From a candidate division WOR-3 bacterium (GTDB taxonomy: Bacteria > Hydrothermota > Tepidihabitantia > SM23-42), in the NCBI GenBank assembly GCA_020341755.1, contig CP070834.1:1749141-1813140 (forward strand): DNA of 64,000 nt. The letters run 5' to 3'. Positions 19,993-29,883 of the stretch are shown one piece after another; positions within the stretch are counted from its first letter, which is position 1; the number at the start of each line of letters is the position of its first letter. The position numbers and the translations under genes are program-made. Below the pieces are notes generated by a model. The model saw only the letters and a list, made by a program, of their open reading frames with translations, had not been told where the DNA came from and ran no database searches.

Positions 19993-20865
19993 ATGACAGT
20001 AACAGATATCAACACAACACTTGGTGAATACAAAGTCCTTATCGATAAGGCTCTTTATAGTTATTTTTCAGGCAAAAATAGATTATTCGACATGATGTAT
20101 TACTCGCTCGACAACGGTAAACGGATACGACCGATACTCGTGATCGCAACATTCAAAGCCTGCGGAGGCTCGGATATGGGGGTAATCATGCCGATCGCCT
20201 GCGGGCTCGAGCTCATCCACACCTATTCACTGATCCATGATGACCTGCCATCTATGGACGATGATGATTTCAGGCGTGGTAAGGCATCGGCGCATAAACA
20301 ATACGGCGAGGCAGCCGCGATCCTTTCGGGTGACGGGCTGTTCGCATATGCCTTTGAGCTTTTTACCCAGGGCAGCGGTTCTCCCGAACAGAAAACCGCG
20401 GTAATCACGCACGTCAGCCAAGCAGTCGGTCCTGGGGGCGTGGTCTATGGTCAGGTGCTGGATACGACCGACCGACCGGTGCCGTCGCCAAAGATGCTGA
20501 GAAAGATACACCTGAACAAGACTGCAAAATTCATCGCGGCGTCCGTGAAATGCGGCGCGATCATGGGTTCGGCATCACAAAAACAGTCCGATGCACTCCA
20601 TGATGCGGGCATATATCTTGGTATGCTGTTCCAGTACACCGATGATATCCTCGATATTACCGGAAGAAAAGAACGGCTCGGCAAGACACCGGGCAAGGAC
20701 GCAGCTGCGGGTAAACTTACGGCAGCCGGATTGTATGGTCTCGATGGTGCCCGGTTTCGGGCGGAAAGGTATGCGCAGCGTGCGACCGACGGGTTCCTGG
20801 CCTGCGGCAAGCAGTTTCAGGAACTTGTTCAGATCACAGATTTCGTGTTGAAAAGGACATATTGA
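19993..20865 (+). CDS. ispA: polyprenyl diphosphate synthase (farnesyl/geranylgeranyl diphosphate synthase)
   Basis: The 290-aa ORF has the first Asp-rich motif LIHDDLPSMDDDDFRRG and the second Asp-rich motif FQYTDDILD. Confidence 0.8.
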   Translation: MTVTDINTTLGEYKVLIDKALYSYFSGKNRLFDMMYYSLDNGKRIRPILVIATFKACGGSDMGVIMPIACGLELIHTYSLIHDDLPSMDDDDFRRGKASAHKQYGEAAAILSGDGLFAYAFELFTQGSGSPEQKTAVITHVSQAVGPGGVVYGQVLDTTDRPVPSPKMLRKIHLNKTAKFIAASVKCGAIMGSASQKQSDALHDAGIYLGMLFQYTDDILDITGRKERLGKTPGKDAAAGKLTAAGLYGLDGARFRAERYAQRATDGFLACGKQFQELVQITDFVLKRTY

Positions 20866-20905
20866 TGAGCGGGAGAATGAAGATCACTTACGGAGCAAAC
20901 TGGGT

Positions 20906-22765
20906 ATGTCGGTATTAAAAAGAATTAACAAACCGGCAGATTTACGGAAACTTTCCATTGATGAACTTCAAATGCTTGCCCGGGAGATACGACACAAGAT
21001 CGTGCATACCTGTGCCGATACCGGGGGGCATGTTGCTCCTTCACTCGGCGTCGTAGAATTGACCCTCGCCCTGTACCGGGTATTCGATGCCGCCAGTGAC
21101 AAGATCATCTGGGATGTCGGGCACCAAACGTATGCACAGAAATTGATCACCGGACGTCGAGACCGATTCCATACCCTGCGAACGTTCAAGGGCATCAGTG
21201 GGTTTCCGAAGCGGAAGGAGTCGAAGTATGATGTATTCGATACCGGACACAGTTCGACCTCCCTTTCTGCAGCGACCGGTTTCGTACTGGCACGTGATGC
21301 ACGTGGAGAAAACCATAATATCATCAGCGTTATTGGAGACGGATCGCTCGGTGCCGGGATAGCGTTCGAAGCCCTGAACCATCTCGGGCATCTGAAAAAA
21401 GACGTGATCGTCGTGCTGAACGATAATGAACGATCCATAGGCGAGAGCGTCGGCGCCCTGAGTCAGTATCTCACCAGGGTCATCACGACCACCACCTATA
21501 ACCGGTTTCGGGACGATCTCTGGAAATTTCTCGGACGTTTTCCTCCGTATTTCAGGGACCGAAGCCGCAATCTGGCAAAGAGGATACAGGAGGGTTTCAA
21601 GGGTCTTTATGCGCCCGCGGTCATTTTTGAGGAACTCGGTTTCCGGTACATCGGTCCGCTGAACGGGCACCGGCTCGATGAACTGATCGATACATTCGCC
21701 CGCATCAAAGATATGCGGGGACCGCGTTTTGTACATGTCGTTACAAAGAAAGGCAAGGGATTCCGGACCGCCGAGGAACACCCTGAGACATTCCACGGCA
21801 TCGGACCGTTCTGCGTTGAGAGCGGTGCTGTGAAGAAAAAGGGTCAATCATGGACCGGTGTTTTCGGCGAAGAGATCGTACGGCTCGCCAAGAAAAACAA
21901 AAAGATCATTGGTATTACGGCCGGTATGTGTCTGGGGACCGGGCTCAAGAAATTCCGTGAGGAATTACCCCGACAGTTCTATGATGTCGGTATTACTGAG
22001 CAGCATGCCGTGACCATGGCAGCAGCGCTTGCCCTGGAAGGGTTCATCCCGGTATGTGCTATATATTCAACCTTCCTGCAGCGGGCATACGATCAGATAA
22101 TACATGATGTATGCCTGCAGAACGCGCCGGTCATATTTGCGGTCGATCGGGCGGGTCTTGTCGGACAGGATGGCCCGACCCATCACGGTCCGTTCGATCT
22201 CTCGTATTTCCGCTGCGCACCGAATATGATCATCAGCGCTCCGAAAGATAAAAATGAGTTCATCGCTTTGCTCAGTACTGCCGTCGCCCACCGGAAAGGT
22301 CCGTTCATGATACGGTATCCGCGTGGGTCATGCACTGATTTTGGCAAGAAGGCTCCTTCCAGGATCCCCATAGGGACTTGGGAGATACTGCACTCCGGCA
22401 AGAAAATCGCGGTTCTGGCAGTGGGTTCAATGGTAGCGGAAGCGGAAAAAGCCCTGCCCGTGCTGAGGAAGTCTAGAGTGGACCCGGTGCTGGTGAATGC
22501 GCGTTTCATTAAACCCCTCGATGAGAAGATGCTCAGGCGCCTGGCACAGAAGGTCACGACGTTCGTCACGGTGGAAGAGAATACGGTACTCGGTGGATTC
22601 GGCTCTGCGGTCATGGAATTCTGTTCGAAGAATGATCTTCCGGTCAAGGTCTCGTGCATCGGTCTTCCCGATGAATTCGTCGAGCACGGGTCACGCGATA
22701 AGCTACTCGCTCTTGCCGGACTCACGGCGGAAAATGTCGCTCGACGGCTATTGAATATAAGATGA
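20906..22765 (+). CDS. dxs: 1-deoxy-D-xylulose-5-phosphate synthase
   Basis: The 619-aa ORF starts MSVLKRINKPADLRKLSIDELQMLAREIR... It has a TPP-binding GDGSLGAG...N region. Organisation and length are those of DXS, which is typically co-transcribed with ispA. Confidence 0.9.
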   Translation: MSVLKRINKPADLRKLSIDELQMLAREIRHKIVHTCADTGGHVAPSLGVVELTLALYRVFDAASDKIIWDVGHQTYAQKLITGRRDRFHTLRTFKGISGFPKRKESKYDVFDTGHSSTSLSAATGFVLARDARGENHNIISVIGDGSLGAGIAFEALNHLGHLKKDVIVVLNDNERSIGESVGALSQYLTRVITTTTYNRFRDDLWKFLGRFPPYFRDRSRNLAKRIQEGFKGLYAPAVIFEELGFRYIGPLNGHRLDELIDTFARIKDMRGPRFVHVVTKKGKGFRTAEEHPETFHGIGPFCVESGAVKKKGQSWTGVFGEEIVRLAKKNKKIIGITAGMCLGTGLKKFREELPRQFYDVGITEQHAVTMAAALALEGFIPVCAIYSTFLQRAYDQIIHDVCLQNAPVIFAVDRAGLVGQDGPTHHGPFDLSYFRCAPNMIISAPKDKNEFIALLSTAVAHRKGPFMIRYPRGSCTDFGKKAPSRIPIGTWEILHSGKKIAVLAVGSMVAEAEKALPVLRKSRVDPVLVNARFIKPLDEKMLRRLAQKVTTFVTVEENTVLGGFGSAVMEFCSKNDLPVKVSCIGLPDEFVEHGSRDKLLALAGLTAENVARRLLNIR

Positions 22766-25700
22766 ATTTCATCATTTCGATATTCCTCTTCACACAGCTG
22801 CTGAATCCCTATGAACATCGCATACTCTTCACTTCAGAGGGTGACTTGGTCGTATTCGCTCGTTATTTCAGCGGCGAGCTAATCAGCATCGATAGTGTGA
22901 AGAGCATTAATGATTACCTCGACGAGAGTATCAAGACGCACAACCGGGAACTCCTCCTGCAACGGCTGAAACAGGATATCGTACAGCAGGGAGGATATGC
23001 AAACAAAGGATTATTCGGCACGTTTGAAATACCCTTGCCCAAGGGAACGTTCGGCGAGTTCATGGGTGAGACCGGTAAACTCGATGTCGGAGGCCATGTC
23101 AAGATCACTATGGGCGGAAGCAGGACCTTCCTCGAGAACCTGCCTGAAACCCAGGGGTCGTCCTGGCTGCCCGAGCTCGAGATGAAACAGGAGATGGCGG
23201 TGAATCTGGATGGCCAGGTCGGCGATCGGATGCGTGTTTTTATCGACCATAACTCCGAACGCATTAACGAGTCACAGAACAAGATCACCGTCACCTATAC
23301 GGGCAGGGAAGATGAGATAATACAGGAGATCGAGGGTGGTGACACGCAGCTCTCCATTCCGGCGACAAATTATACCGGAGATATCCCATCGCATCGAGGG
23401 CTCTTCGGCATAAAATCGTCCGCGAAACTGGGACCGCTCGACCTGGTCGCCATTGCCAGTAAAGAACAGACCCAGACCGAGGAGATAGAGATAGAAGGCT
23501 CGATACAGGCGGAGATCGATACTATCTGGGCGCGTAGATACCAGACGCGCAGGTTTTTCTCGCTCGGTTTGCCCGAGCCCGATGCCGTCATACGCGACCT
23601 GCGGGTCTATGTTGATGATAACATCCCGCAGAATAATAATGTTGAACCCACGTATTCCGGAACTGCATATCTCGATATTAATGATGATAATATCCCCGAT
23701 TTTCAGGGCAACCCGACGAATTCTGATTCGGGGTATTTTTCCCGAAAGACCGAGGGCACCAATGATTATTATATATATGATCCCGCTCGCCAGGTCATTG
23801 AACTGAATTATTCGATCCCTGAGCAACAGGTGCTGGGTGTGTATTACAAAAAGATCATCGGCATCGATACGTTCGAGGTCGGCAGGCTGCCCAGTACCGC
23901 TGATACAACGATACAACTGAAACTGCTCTGTCCTGAATACCGGGACACGACCTCGGCGACGTTCGACTATGAACAAAAAAATTATTATCAGGTGGCAAGC
24001 CGTGGGTCACGGCTCGATAGTCTGAAGATATACTATCTGACGACCGGCGGCGACCATCAGGACCGGCAGGGCGATACAACGTATCTTGAACTGCTCGGAC
24101 TCGATGTCAATCCGCGCGATGGTCGCGTGGACGAAAATTATGTTTACTATTCGAGCCGCGGACTTCTGATCTTTCCTGATCCCGAGCCGTTCGCTTCATC
24201 TGTTTTAAACAATCCTATACCCGAGATATACCGCGACCCAACATTCACCGGTACGGGTTCCTATTACCTGTTCGCGAAGACGCTCGAGGCAAAGCCGGTA
24301 TACAATCTGCCGACGAACGTGGAGACCGTTTTCGTCTATGTCGACGAACAGCTCCAGACCCAGGGTGAGGATTATCACGTTGACTATGACGCCGGCAAGC
24401 TCGAGTTCATGAGGCCCATACAACCCAATCAGCGCGTGCGGATAAAGGCGGAGTACGCGCCGTTCTTTTCGGCCGCCGAGAAGTCGCTCGTCGGCGTGCG
24501 CGGAACACTGCGACCTTTTGGTGATGCCATGCTCGGTTCGTCATTTTTCTGGCGTAATGAATCATACCCTGCTGAGCATATTCGTTTGCGTGAGGAGCCG
24601 TTCAACCGTATGGTCTGGGAGGTCGATTTCACGCTGCCGCAAAAACTACCGTTCATAACACGGGTCGTGGATTGGCTTCCCCTGGTGAGTACCGAGACCG
24701 AATCCCAGTTGAATTTCAGCTTTGAAAATGCATATTCGATCTCTAATCTCAATGCGAAAGGCGAAGTTTTTCTCGATGACCTGGAGTCGACGACCATCGT
24801 CAGCAATGATGTCTCGATCAACCGGACATCGTGGTTCCCGTGTTCAAAACCGGTGGACCGGGATACGAATGATTTTACGCAGACGCGGCTGGTGTGGTAC
24901 AATCCGCGGGACAGGGAACGGCTGCAGGCGAACGACATCTATGAGGATCCGATCGATGAGAACGAGATCGCCGATGTGCTGAATATTAAATTTACACCGG
25001 ATGACAGCCTGTCGTATGCTGGATTGACCCAGTATATTTACACCGAGGATTTTGACGAGATCGAAAATCTCGAGCTCATCATCAATGGTAAGGGCGGGCG
25101 GATGCATGTTGATTTCGCACAGGATATCAATGAAGATCAGCTGCGAAGGAATCAAGACGGTGCACTTGTCGGGTATGGTTCGTTCCAGGACGAGGATATG
25201 AACAAGAATTATGTCTGGACCCAAAATGATGAAGATACGGGGCTTGACGGTGTGTATGGCGACGATGGTTCAAACCAGGACGCGCTGGACGACGGCAATG
25301 ACGATTACGTTGCCTATGATAGTACCGGTCGCGTCAACGGTACGGAGGGGAATAGGATATGGGACACCGAGGACCTCAACCGGGACGGCACGCTCAATGG
25401 AGAAGACCGGTATTTCAGTTATGTCATAGACCTTGACAGTGATAGTTTCCAGATCGATGCTGGTCTGCGAGAAGGGTGGAAGATGTTCCGTGTTCCTATC
25501 AAGGATACGCTGAACCAAGATACGGTCGTCGGGGTGCCGGACTGGCACAATATCAAATACGTACGCATATGGTTCGACAATTTCACCCAGCCCGAGACCC
25601 TTCTGCTCTTCAGGCTCAGCGCGACCGGCAGCCGGTGGAAGAATTATGGCATTGTCGGAGGTAGACAGCCGCCTCTTCAGAGCGAATCGTTCAGTCTGGC

Positions 25701-28164
25701 ACCGGTCAATACCAAGACAAACACGAATTATCTACCGCCCTATCCGGTGGAGCGGGATGAATTCGGACAGGTCAAGACCGAAGGCGGTCTGGAGCTGAGG
25801 CTCACAGATATCGAGGAGAACCATACGTGCGTGGCGCATCGCAGGACCGATGACAATGAGGACTACCGGGCGTATGACACACTGACATTTTATCTGCACG
25901 CGAACAATTCCAATCCGCTGGTATCGCTGAGGATCGGTAGTGACAGTTTGAATTTCTACGAGTATACAACGGATTTTGAAAATGGAGAGATCGGGTACAA
26001 CCAGTACCGGCTGTTCAGGGTGGCGATGGTGCAGTTCCTCGATCTAAAGAAAGAGAAGAATGAAGCAGGTGTCGATACGATGATCGCCGGCGAATATATC
26101 GTCGTCGGGAATCCATCCCTTGCGCAGAATAAATTTCTGGAGATCCGTTTGACCAATGCATTCGTCACTCCGCTGAGCGATACCTTCTGGTTCAACGATG
26201 TCATGCTCCTATCCCCGAAATCAGACGTCGGCAGGATATTGCGCAGCAATGGTTCACTGAACGTTGCCGATCTTGCTCATGTTAACTTCGCCTACGATGA
26301 ATCGAACGGCCGGTTCAAACGATTATCAGAATCCAAGGAGATTTCGACGTCGGGCGCGAGCAGGAGTTATCTGGTCAGTACGACGGTGTCGCTCAATAAA
26401 CTCCTGCCTGACAGTTGGTATTTCAGTATTCCTGTTACGTACAGCTATCGCAACTCCCAGACCAGTCCCCGTTTCTGGTATAATGCGAATGATATCGAAG
26501 TGAGCGGAGCAGATGCGGATTTATTGAGGAGAGCGGTCATTATCAAGTCATACTCGACCGGGTTTTCCAAAACGAACTCAAAACACTGGCTGCTGAAGAA
26601 TACTCTTGACCGCATTGCGCTATCGTACGATCGGACACAGCAGTCTTCGAGTGCAGAACAGGATTCCAGTTCTACGGATAACAAGGTCTATCGATCCTCG
26701 TATACGCTTGATCCGAGGTGGAACCTGAAGATGCTGGGTCAGACATTTTTTCTGCTTCCAAGGAATGTAAGTCTGAACGCCACGTATACCGACAACCTCG
26801 TCGAATCATTCTTCCGTGAAACGGTTGTCGATACCTTCCGAGAGGCTGATCTCGGGACACGCCATAACCGCACACTGACACCATCGGTTTCGATCGCCAT
26901 GAGCCCGCATCAGATTGTAAATGCTACGTACACCTTCAACCAGGTGCGTGATTCGGTAGAAACCCGCGGTCGATTCGGAGAAGAAGTGCAGCGCAATCAA
27001 ACCATCAATGCCTCCCTGGCCCAGAGTTTTAAGATCGTTAGCCCGCGATTTTATTATAATGCCACCTATACTGAAAATCACAGTTTTGAGTTGCGACAGC
27101 AAGAGGATCTGCGGAATGTTACGAATACTGGACGATACGGTGTCGATGCTACGTTCAATATCACGACCTTGCTGCGACTCATCGGGCGACTTCGCGACGA
27201 AACCCAGGATTCGCTCATTGTTGCCGGATCGCCGGCCTGGTTCGCCAAGAAGATCGATGACCTGGCAAAATACGTTACCAATCCGACCTTTAACTATTCA
27301 CGGCAGCGAAACTCGAGCTACCTGCAGATCAGACAGCGGCCGGATATCGCCTACCAGTGGGGGTGGGTGGATTCGCTGCCCGACGATATCGTTGCCGAGG
27401 GTAGTTATCCTGGCAGGGGTATGACCGATACCTATGGTGTCAATTCCGGTATCAACATCGCACAGTTATTCAGTCTTTCAGGGGGTTACAGTGGAGCCGT
27501 AGGTCGAACATTTTACTACGACAAAGAAATAAGAAATGAATCGGTTGCCTACCCCAACGCATCGCTCCGGATCAGTAATCTTCATGCGCTTCCATTTTTG
27601 AAGAAATATACGCGAAACTCGTCGCTCATGGCGTCTTTCAACCAGTTGTATGACAAGAAATTCGAGATCATCGATGATAGTACTTCGCTTCTCTCTGAAT
27701 CTCAGACATTCAATTTGAACCCCCTGGTGAGCTGGCAGACAACCTGGCTCAAGGGGATTTCCAGTCAGCTCGATATCACCTATTCAGAGACAAACGCCAA
27801 GGAGTATGATGTCGTTGACACGCTGCCCTCGAAGAGAGTGAACATGGGTGGTTCGGTGAATTTTTCCTACCGGTTCAGTGCTCCACGAGGATTGGGGATT
27901 CCGCTCCTCAGGGGGTTGAAATTCTCATCGAACATGTCCCTGAACCTGGGGGGGAGTTACAGCCGCACCAGGAACTACTCACGCGATCTGGTTAATCCCA
28001 TCAATGATTCGAGTACACTCGGTGTAAACGTGGGATTATCCTATGATTTTTCCTCCAGCATAACCGGTGGCGCGACGGTCGATTATACGCAGAACAGAGA
28101 CTATAATGCCGATCAAGACACGCGACGCGTCGGTATGAATTTCTGGGTCAATATTAATTTCTAA
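22762..28164 (+). CDS. giant outer-membrane-type protein, candidate SprA/Sov-like type IX secretion translocon
   Basis: The 1800-aa ORF overlaps the dxs stop by ATGA. It has an N-terminal hydrophobic segment. The extreme C-terminus GMNFWVNINF has alternating hydrophobic residues and a terminal Phe, which is the beta-barrel OMP signature. Many Y/N/S/T-rich beta-strand-like segments are present. Its size and the genomic context (a glutaminyl cyclase next door, a T9SS CTD cargo gene 10 kb away) suggest SprA. Confidence 0.35.
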   Translation: MNFIISIFLFTQLLNPYEHRILFTSEGDLVVFARYFSGELISIDSVKSINDYLDESIKTHNRELLLQRLKQDIVQQGGYANKGLFGTFEIPLPKGTFGEFMGETGKLDVGGHVKITMGGSRTFLENLPETQGSSWLPELEMKQEMAVNLDGQVGDRMRVFIDHNSERINESQNKITVTYTGREDEIIQEIEGGDTQLSIPATNYTGDIPSHRGLFGIKSSAKLGPLDLVAIASKEQTQTEEIEIEGSIQAEIDTIWARRYQTRRFFSLGLPEPDAVIRDLRVYVDDNIPQNNNVEPTYSGTAYLDINDDNIPDFQGNPTNSDSGYFSRKTEGTNDYYIYDPARQVIELNYSIPEQQVLGVYYKKIIGIDTFEVGRLPSTADTTIQLKLLCPEYRDTTSATFDYEQKNYYQVASRGSRLDSLKIYYLTTGGDHQDRQGDTTYLELLGLDVNPRDGRVDENYVYYSSRGLLIFPDPEPFASSVLNNPIPEIYRDPTFTGTGSYYLFAKTLEAKPVYNLPTNVETVFVYVDEQLQTQGEDYHVDYDAGKLEFMRPIQPNQRVRIKAEYAPFFSAAEKSLVGVRGTLRPFGDAMLGSSFFWRNESYPAEHIRLREEPFNRMVWEVDFTLPQKLPFITRVVDWLPLVSTETESQLNFSFENAYSISNLNAKGEVFLDDLESTTIVSNDVSINRTSWFPCSKPVDRDTNDFTQTRLVWYNPRDRERLQANDIYEDPIDENEIADVLNIKFTPDDSLSYAGLTQYIYTEDFDEIENLELIINGKGGRMHVDFAQDINEDQLRRNQDGALVGYGSFQDEDMNKNYVWTQNDEDTGLDGVYGDDGSNQDALDDGNDDYVAYDSTGRVNGTEGNRIWDTEDLNRDGTLNGEDRYFSYVIDLDSDSFQIDAGLREGWKMFRVPIKDTLNQDTVVGVPDWHNIKYVRIWFDNFTQPETLLLFRLSATGSRWKNYGIVGGRQPPLQSESFSLAPVNTKTNTNYLPPYPVERDEFGQVKTEGGLELRLTDIEENHTCVAHRRTDDNEDYRAYDTLTFYLHANNSNPLVSLRIGSDSLNFYEYTTDFENGEIGYNQYRLFRVAMVQFLDLKKEKNEAGVDTMIAGEYIVVGNPSLAQNKFLEIRLTNAFVTPLSDTFWFNDVMLLSPKSDVGRILRSNGSLNVADLAHVNFAYDESNGRFKRLSESKEISTSGASRSYLVSTTVSLNKLLPDSWYFSIPVTYSYRNSQTSPRFWYNANDIEVSGADADLLRRAVIIKSYSTGFSKTNSKHWLLKNTLDRIALSYDRTQQSSSAEQDSSSTDNKVYRSSYTLDPRWNLKMLGQTFFLLPRNVSLNATYTDNLVESFFRETVVDTFREADLGTRHNRTLTPSVSIAMSPHQIVNATYTFNQVRDSVETRGRFGEEVQRNQTINASLAQSFKIVSPRFYYNATYTENHSFELRQQEDLRNVTNTGRYGVDATFNITTLLRLIGRLRDETQDSLIVAGSPAWFAKKIDDLAKYVTNPTFNYSRQRNSSYLQIRQRPDIAYQWGWVDSLPDDIVAEGSYPGRGMTDTYGVNSGINIAQLFSLSGGYSGAVGRTFYYDKEIRNESVAYPNASLRISNLHALPFLKKYTRNSSLMASFNQLYDKKFEIIDDSTSLLSESQTFNLNPLVSWQTTWLKGISSQLDITYSETNAKEYDVVDTLPSKRVNMGGSVNFSYRFSAPRGLGIPLLRGLKFSSNMSLNLGGSYSRTRNYSRDLVNPINDSSTLGVNVGLSYDFSSSITGGATVDYTQNRDYNADQDTRRVGMNFWVNINF

Positions 28165-28172
28165 CATCTCTT

Positions 28173-28979
28173 ATGTCAGGCCGGTTCCGTATCAGATGGT
28201 CGATCTGGTTACTCGTGCTGCTCGCAGGTGTTTCTGCGTCACCTCTCGGGGCGAGGCGTCCTTATGTTGTCCTCGAGGAGTTTTGTGCGATCGGCGAGCG
28301 TGTTCCCGGCACGGCGGGACACAGAGAAGCACGAGATTACATTATACGAAATCTTGAAAATCCCCAGATCGATTCCTTTTACGCGCGTGGGGTCACGTTC
28401 TATAATATTTTAAAAAGGTTTCCCGGTGAGCACACGATCGGGATCGCGGCACACTGGGATTCGGATATCGGTTGTCCCGGGGCTAATGATGGAGGGTCGG
28501 GTGTCGCTCTCCTTTTAAGTCTCGCAGATACCCTTGAAAAAAACCCGGCTGAGCGGGGTATCGATATTATTTTTTTTGACGGCGAGGACGTCGGCAAAGC
28601 GGATCGTATCGGTTCCCAGCATTTTGCCGAGCAGTGCCGTGACGAATATTCCTTTATCGTTGTGATCGATATGGTAGGCGACAAGGATCTCCAGATCTTC
28701 CAGGAAGGATACTCGGTCAGGAGTTTTCCTCTTCTCGTCGACAGCTTGTGGGAGATCGCCATGCAGGCGGCACCTTCAGCATTCATACCGGCAGTACGGT
28801 ACTTCATTATCGATGATCATGTTTCCCTTATCACCAACGGTATCAGAGCGGTGAACGTGATTGATTTTGACTACCCATACTGGGATACCCGAGATGACAC
28901 GATCGACAAGTGCAGTGAAGAAAGTCTGCACAAAGTCTATGCTTTTCTCCTCGCTCTTGTGTATGGTGATCGATCTTAG
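28173..28979 (+). CDS. M28-family zinc enzyme, glutaminyl-peptide cyclotransferase-like
   Basis: The 268-aa ORF has a signal peptide. Motifs AAHWDSD, ANDGGSGVA, IIFFDGEDVG, VVIDMVG and IIDDHVSL...YPYWDTRDDT align with the metal-binding and catalytic positions of M28 aminopeptidases and animal-type glutaminyl cyclases (FFDGEE, DDH, VWHTMDD). Confidence 0.55.
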   Translation: MSGRFRIRWSIWLLVLLAGVSASPLGARRPYVVLEEFCAIGERVPGTAGHREARDYIIRNLENPQIDSFYARGVTFYNILKRFPGEHTIGIAAHWDSDIGCPGANDGGSGVALLLSLADTLEKNPAERGIDIIFFDGEDVGKADRIGSQHFAEQCRDEYSFIVVIDMVGDKDLQIFQEGYSVRSFPLLVDSLWEIAMQAAPSAFIPAVRYFIIDDHVSLITNGIRAVNVIDFDYPYWDTRDDTIDKCSEESLHKVYAFLLALVYGDRS

Positions 28980-29010
28980 GAAAAACCGCTGTGCGTGATG
29001 GGAACATGAA

Positions 29011-29328
29011 ATGAAGAGACGTACCATTATTGTTCTGTGTATGGTAATAGCCGTGCTGATCGCTGTCACGATCGCTGGCTATGTACAGAGGCAGCGCTTA
29101 CGGCAGCAGTATACCCTGCTCATCGAAGAAGCGGCGGTTTGCATATCCATTAACCATGCGAGTGCAGAAGAACTCACAACACTCCCCGGGATCGGTCCTC
29201 TGTGTGCACAGCGCATCATCGAATACCGGGAAGCGCATGGACCGTTCAGGAGTCTCGACGACCTTAAGGACGTCAAAGGTATTGGGGAAAAAATTTTCAG
29301 TCGTATCGCACCATACATAAAACTGTAG
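29011..29328 (+). CDS. comEA: ComEA-family helix-hairpin-helix DNA-binding protein
   Basis: The 105-aa ORF has an N-terminal TM/signal segment followed by INHASAEELTTLPGIGPLCAQRIIEYREAHGPFRSLDDLKDVKGIGEKIFSRIAPYI, a tandem HhH as in ComEA. Confidence 0.75.
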   Translation: MKRRTIIVLCMVIAVLIAVTIAGYVQRQRLRQQYTLLIEEAAVCISINHASAEELTTLPGIGPLCAQRIIEYREAHGPFRSLDDLKDVKGIGEKIFSRIAPYIKL

Positions 29329-29384
29329 TTATTTGGCAAACTCTGCCGCTGTGGTATCACCGTACTCATGTTCGGCATGCAGAA

Positions 29385-29412
29385 TTGACTTGCCGGTGTA
29401 TGTGTATACAAT
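29385..29412 (+). promoter_or_regulatory. sigma70-like promoter (TTGACT-16-TACAAT)
   Basis: TTGACT, a 16-nt spacer, then TACAAT. An AGGAGG Shine-Dalgarno follows and the ATG at 29433 is roughly 20 nt downstream. Confidence 0.45.
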
Positions 29413-29432
29413 ATGCTACAAAAGGAGGTATC

Positions 29433-29822
29433 ATGGAACTGCCATATGGTGATATAAAAGGAAACACTTTAAGCATGAAGTTTTCGACGGCGGATTATTC
29501 AATCGCATCGGTCATGAACGCGATCAAGGTACATATAGACGTCCTGGAAGAACTCGGCGTCATGTTCCTCGGTGCCCAGACCGAGATCGTTGCCGGGCCG
29601 ACACCGGTGTTCCAGCCAGTACCGGTTGTGGCACAGTTCGTGTATACAGGCAAAGACAATACCCGGGACACTCTCGAGAAAGTGTATACACTCGTGTGGC
29701 AGGGTATCATCGCATCGTTCCCCGATGAAGCATCCTGGTCCCAAGCCAAAGAGGCGTACGCATCCTTCATAGCTGCCCAAGCCGATCTGCTGCGTGCTCG
29801 TACCGAGGCATCGAAAGAATAG
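29433..29822 (+). CDS. hypothetical protein (129 aa)
   Basis: The start is at the internal ATG with a strong AAAGGAGG Shine-Dalgarno 5 nt upstream. No recognisable domain. Confidence 0.45.
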   Translation: MELPYGDIKGNTLSMKFSTADYSIASVMNAIKVHIDVLEELGVMFLGAQTEIVAGPTPVFQPVPVVAQFVYTGKDNTRDTLEKVYTLVWQGIIASFPDEASWSQAKEAYASFIAAQADLLRARTEASKE

Positions 29823-29883
29823 TCCTGCACCTGACGTGCTGCATGCAGGATGCGGGCGTTCCCAGCCCCTTATATAGCAACAC

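Noticed and set aside
29824-29850. A CCTGCA...TGCAGG inverted repeat after the 129-aa gene, considered as a possible terminator.
   Set aside because: The stem is only 6 bp with a 15-nt loop and no U-tract, which is weak.
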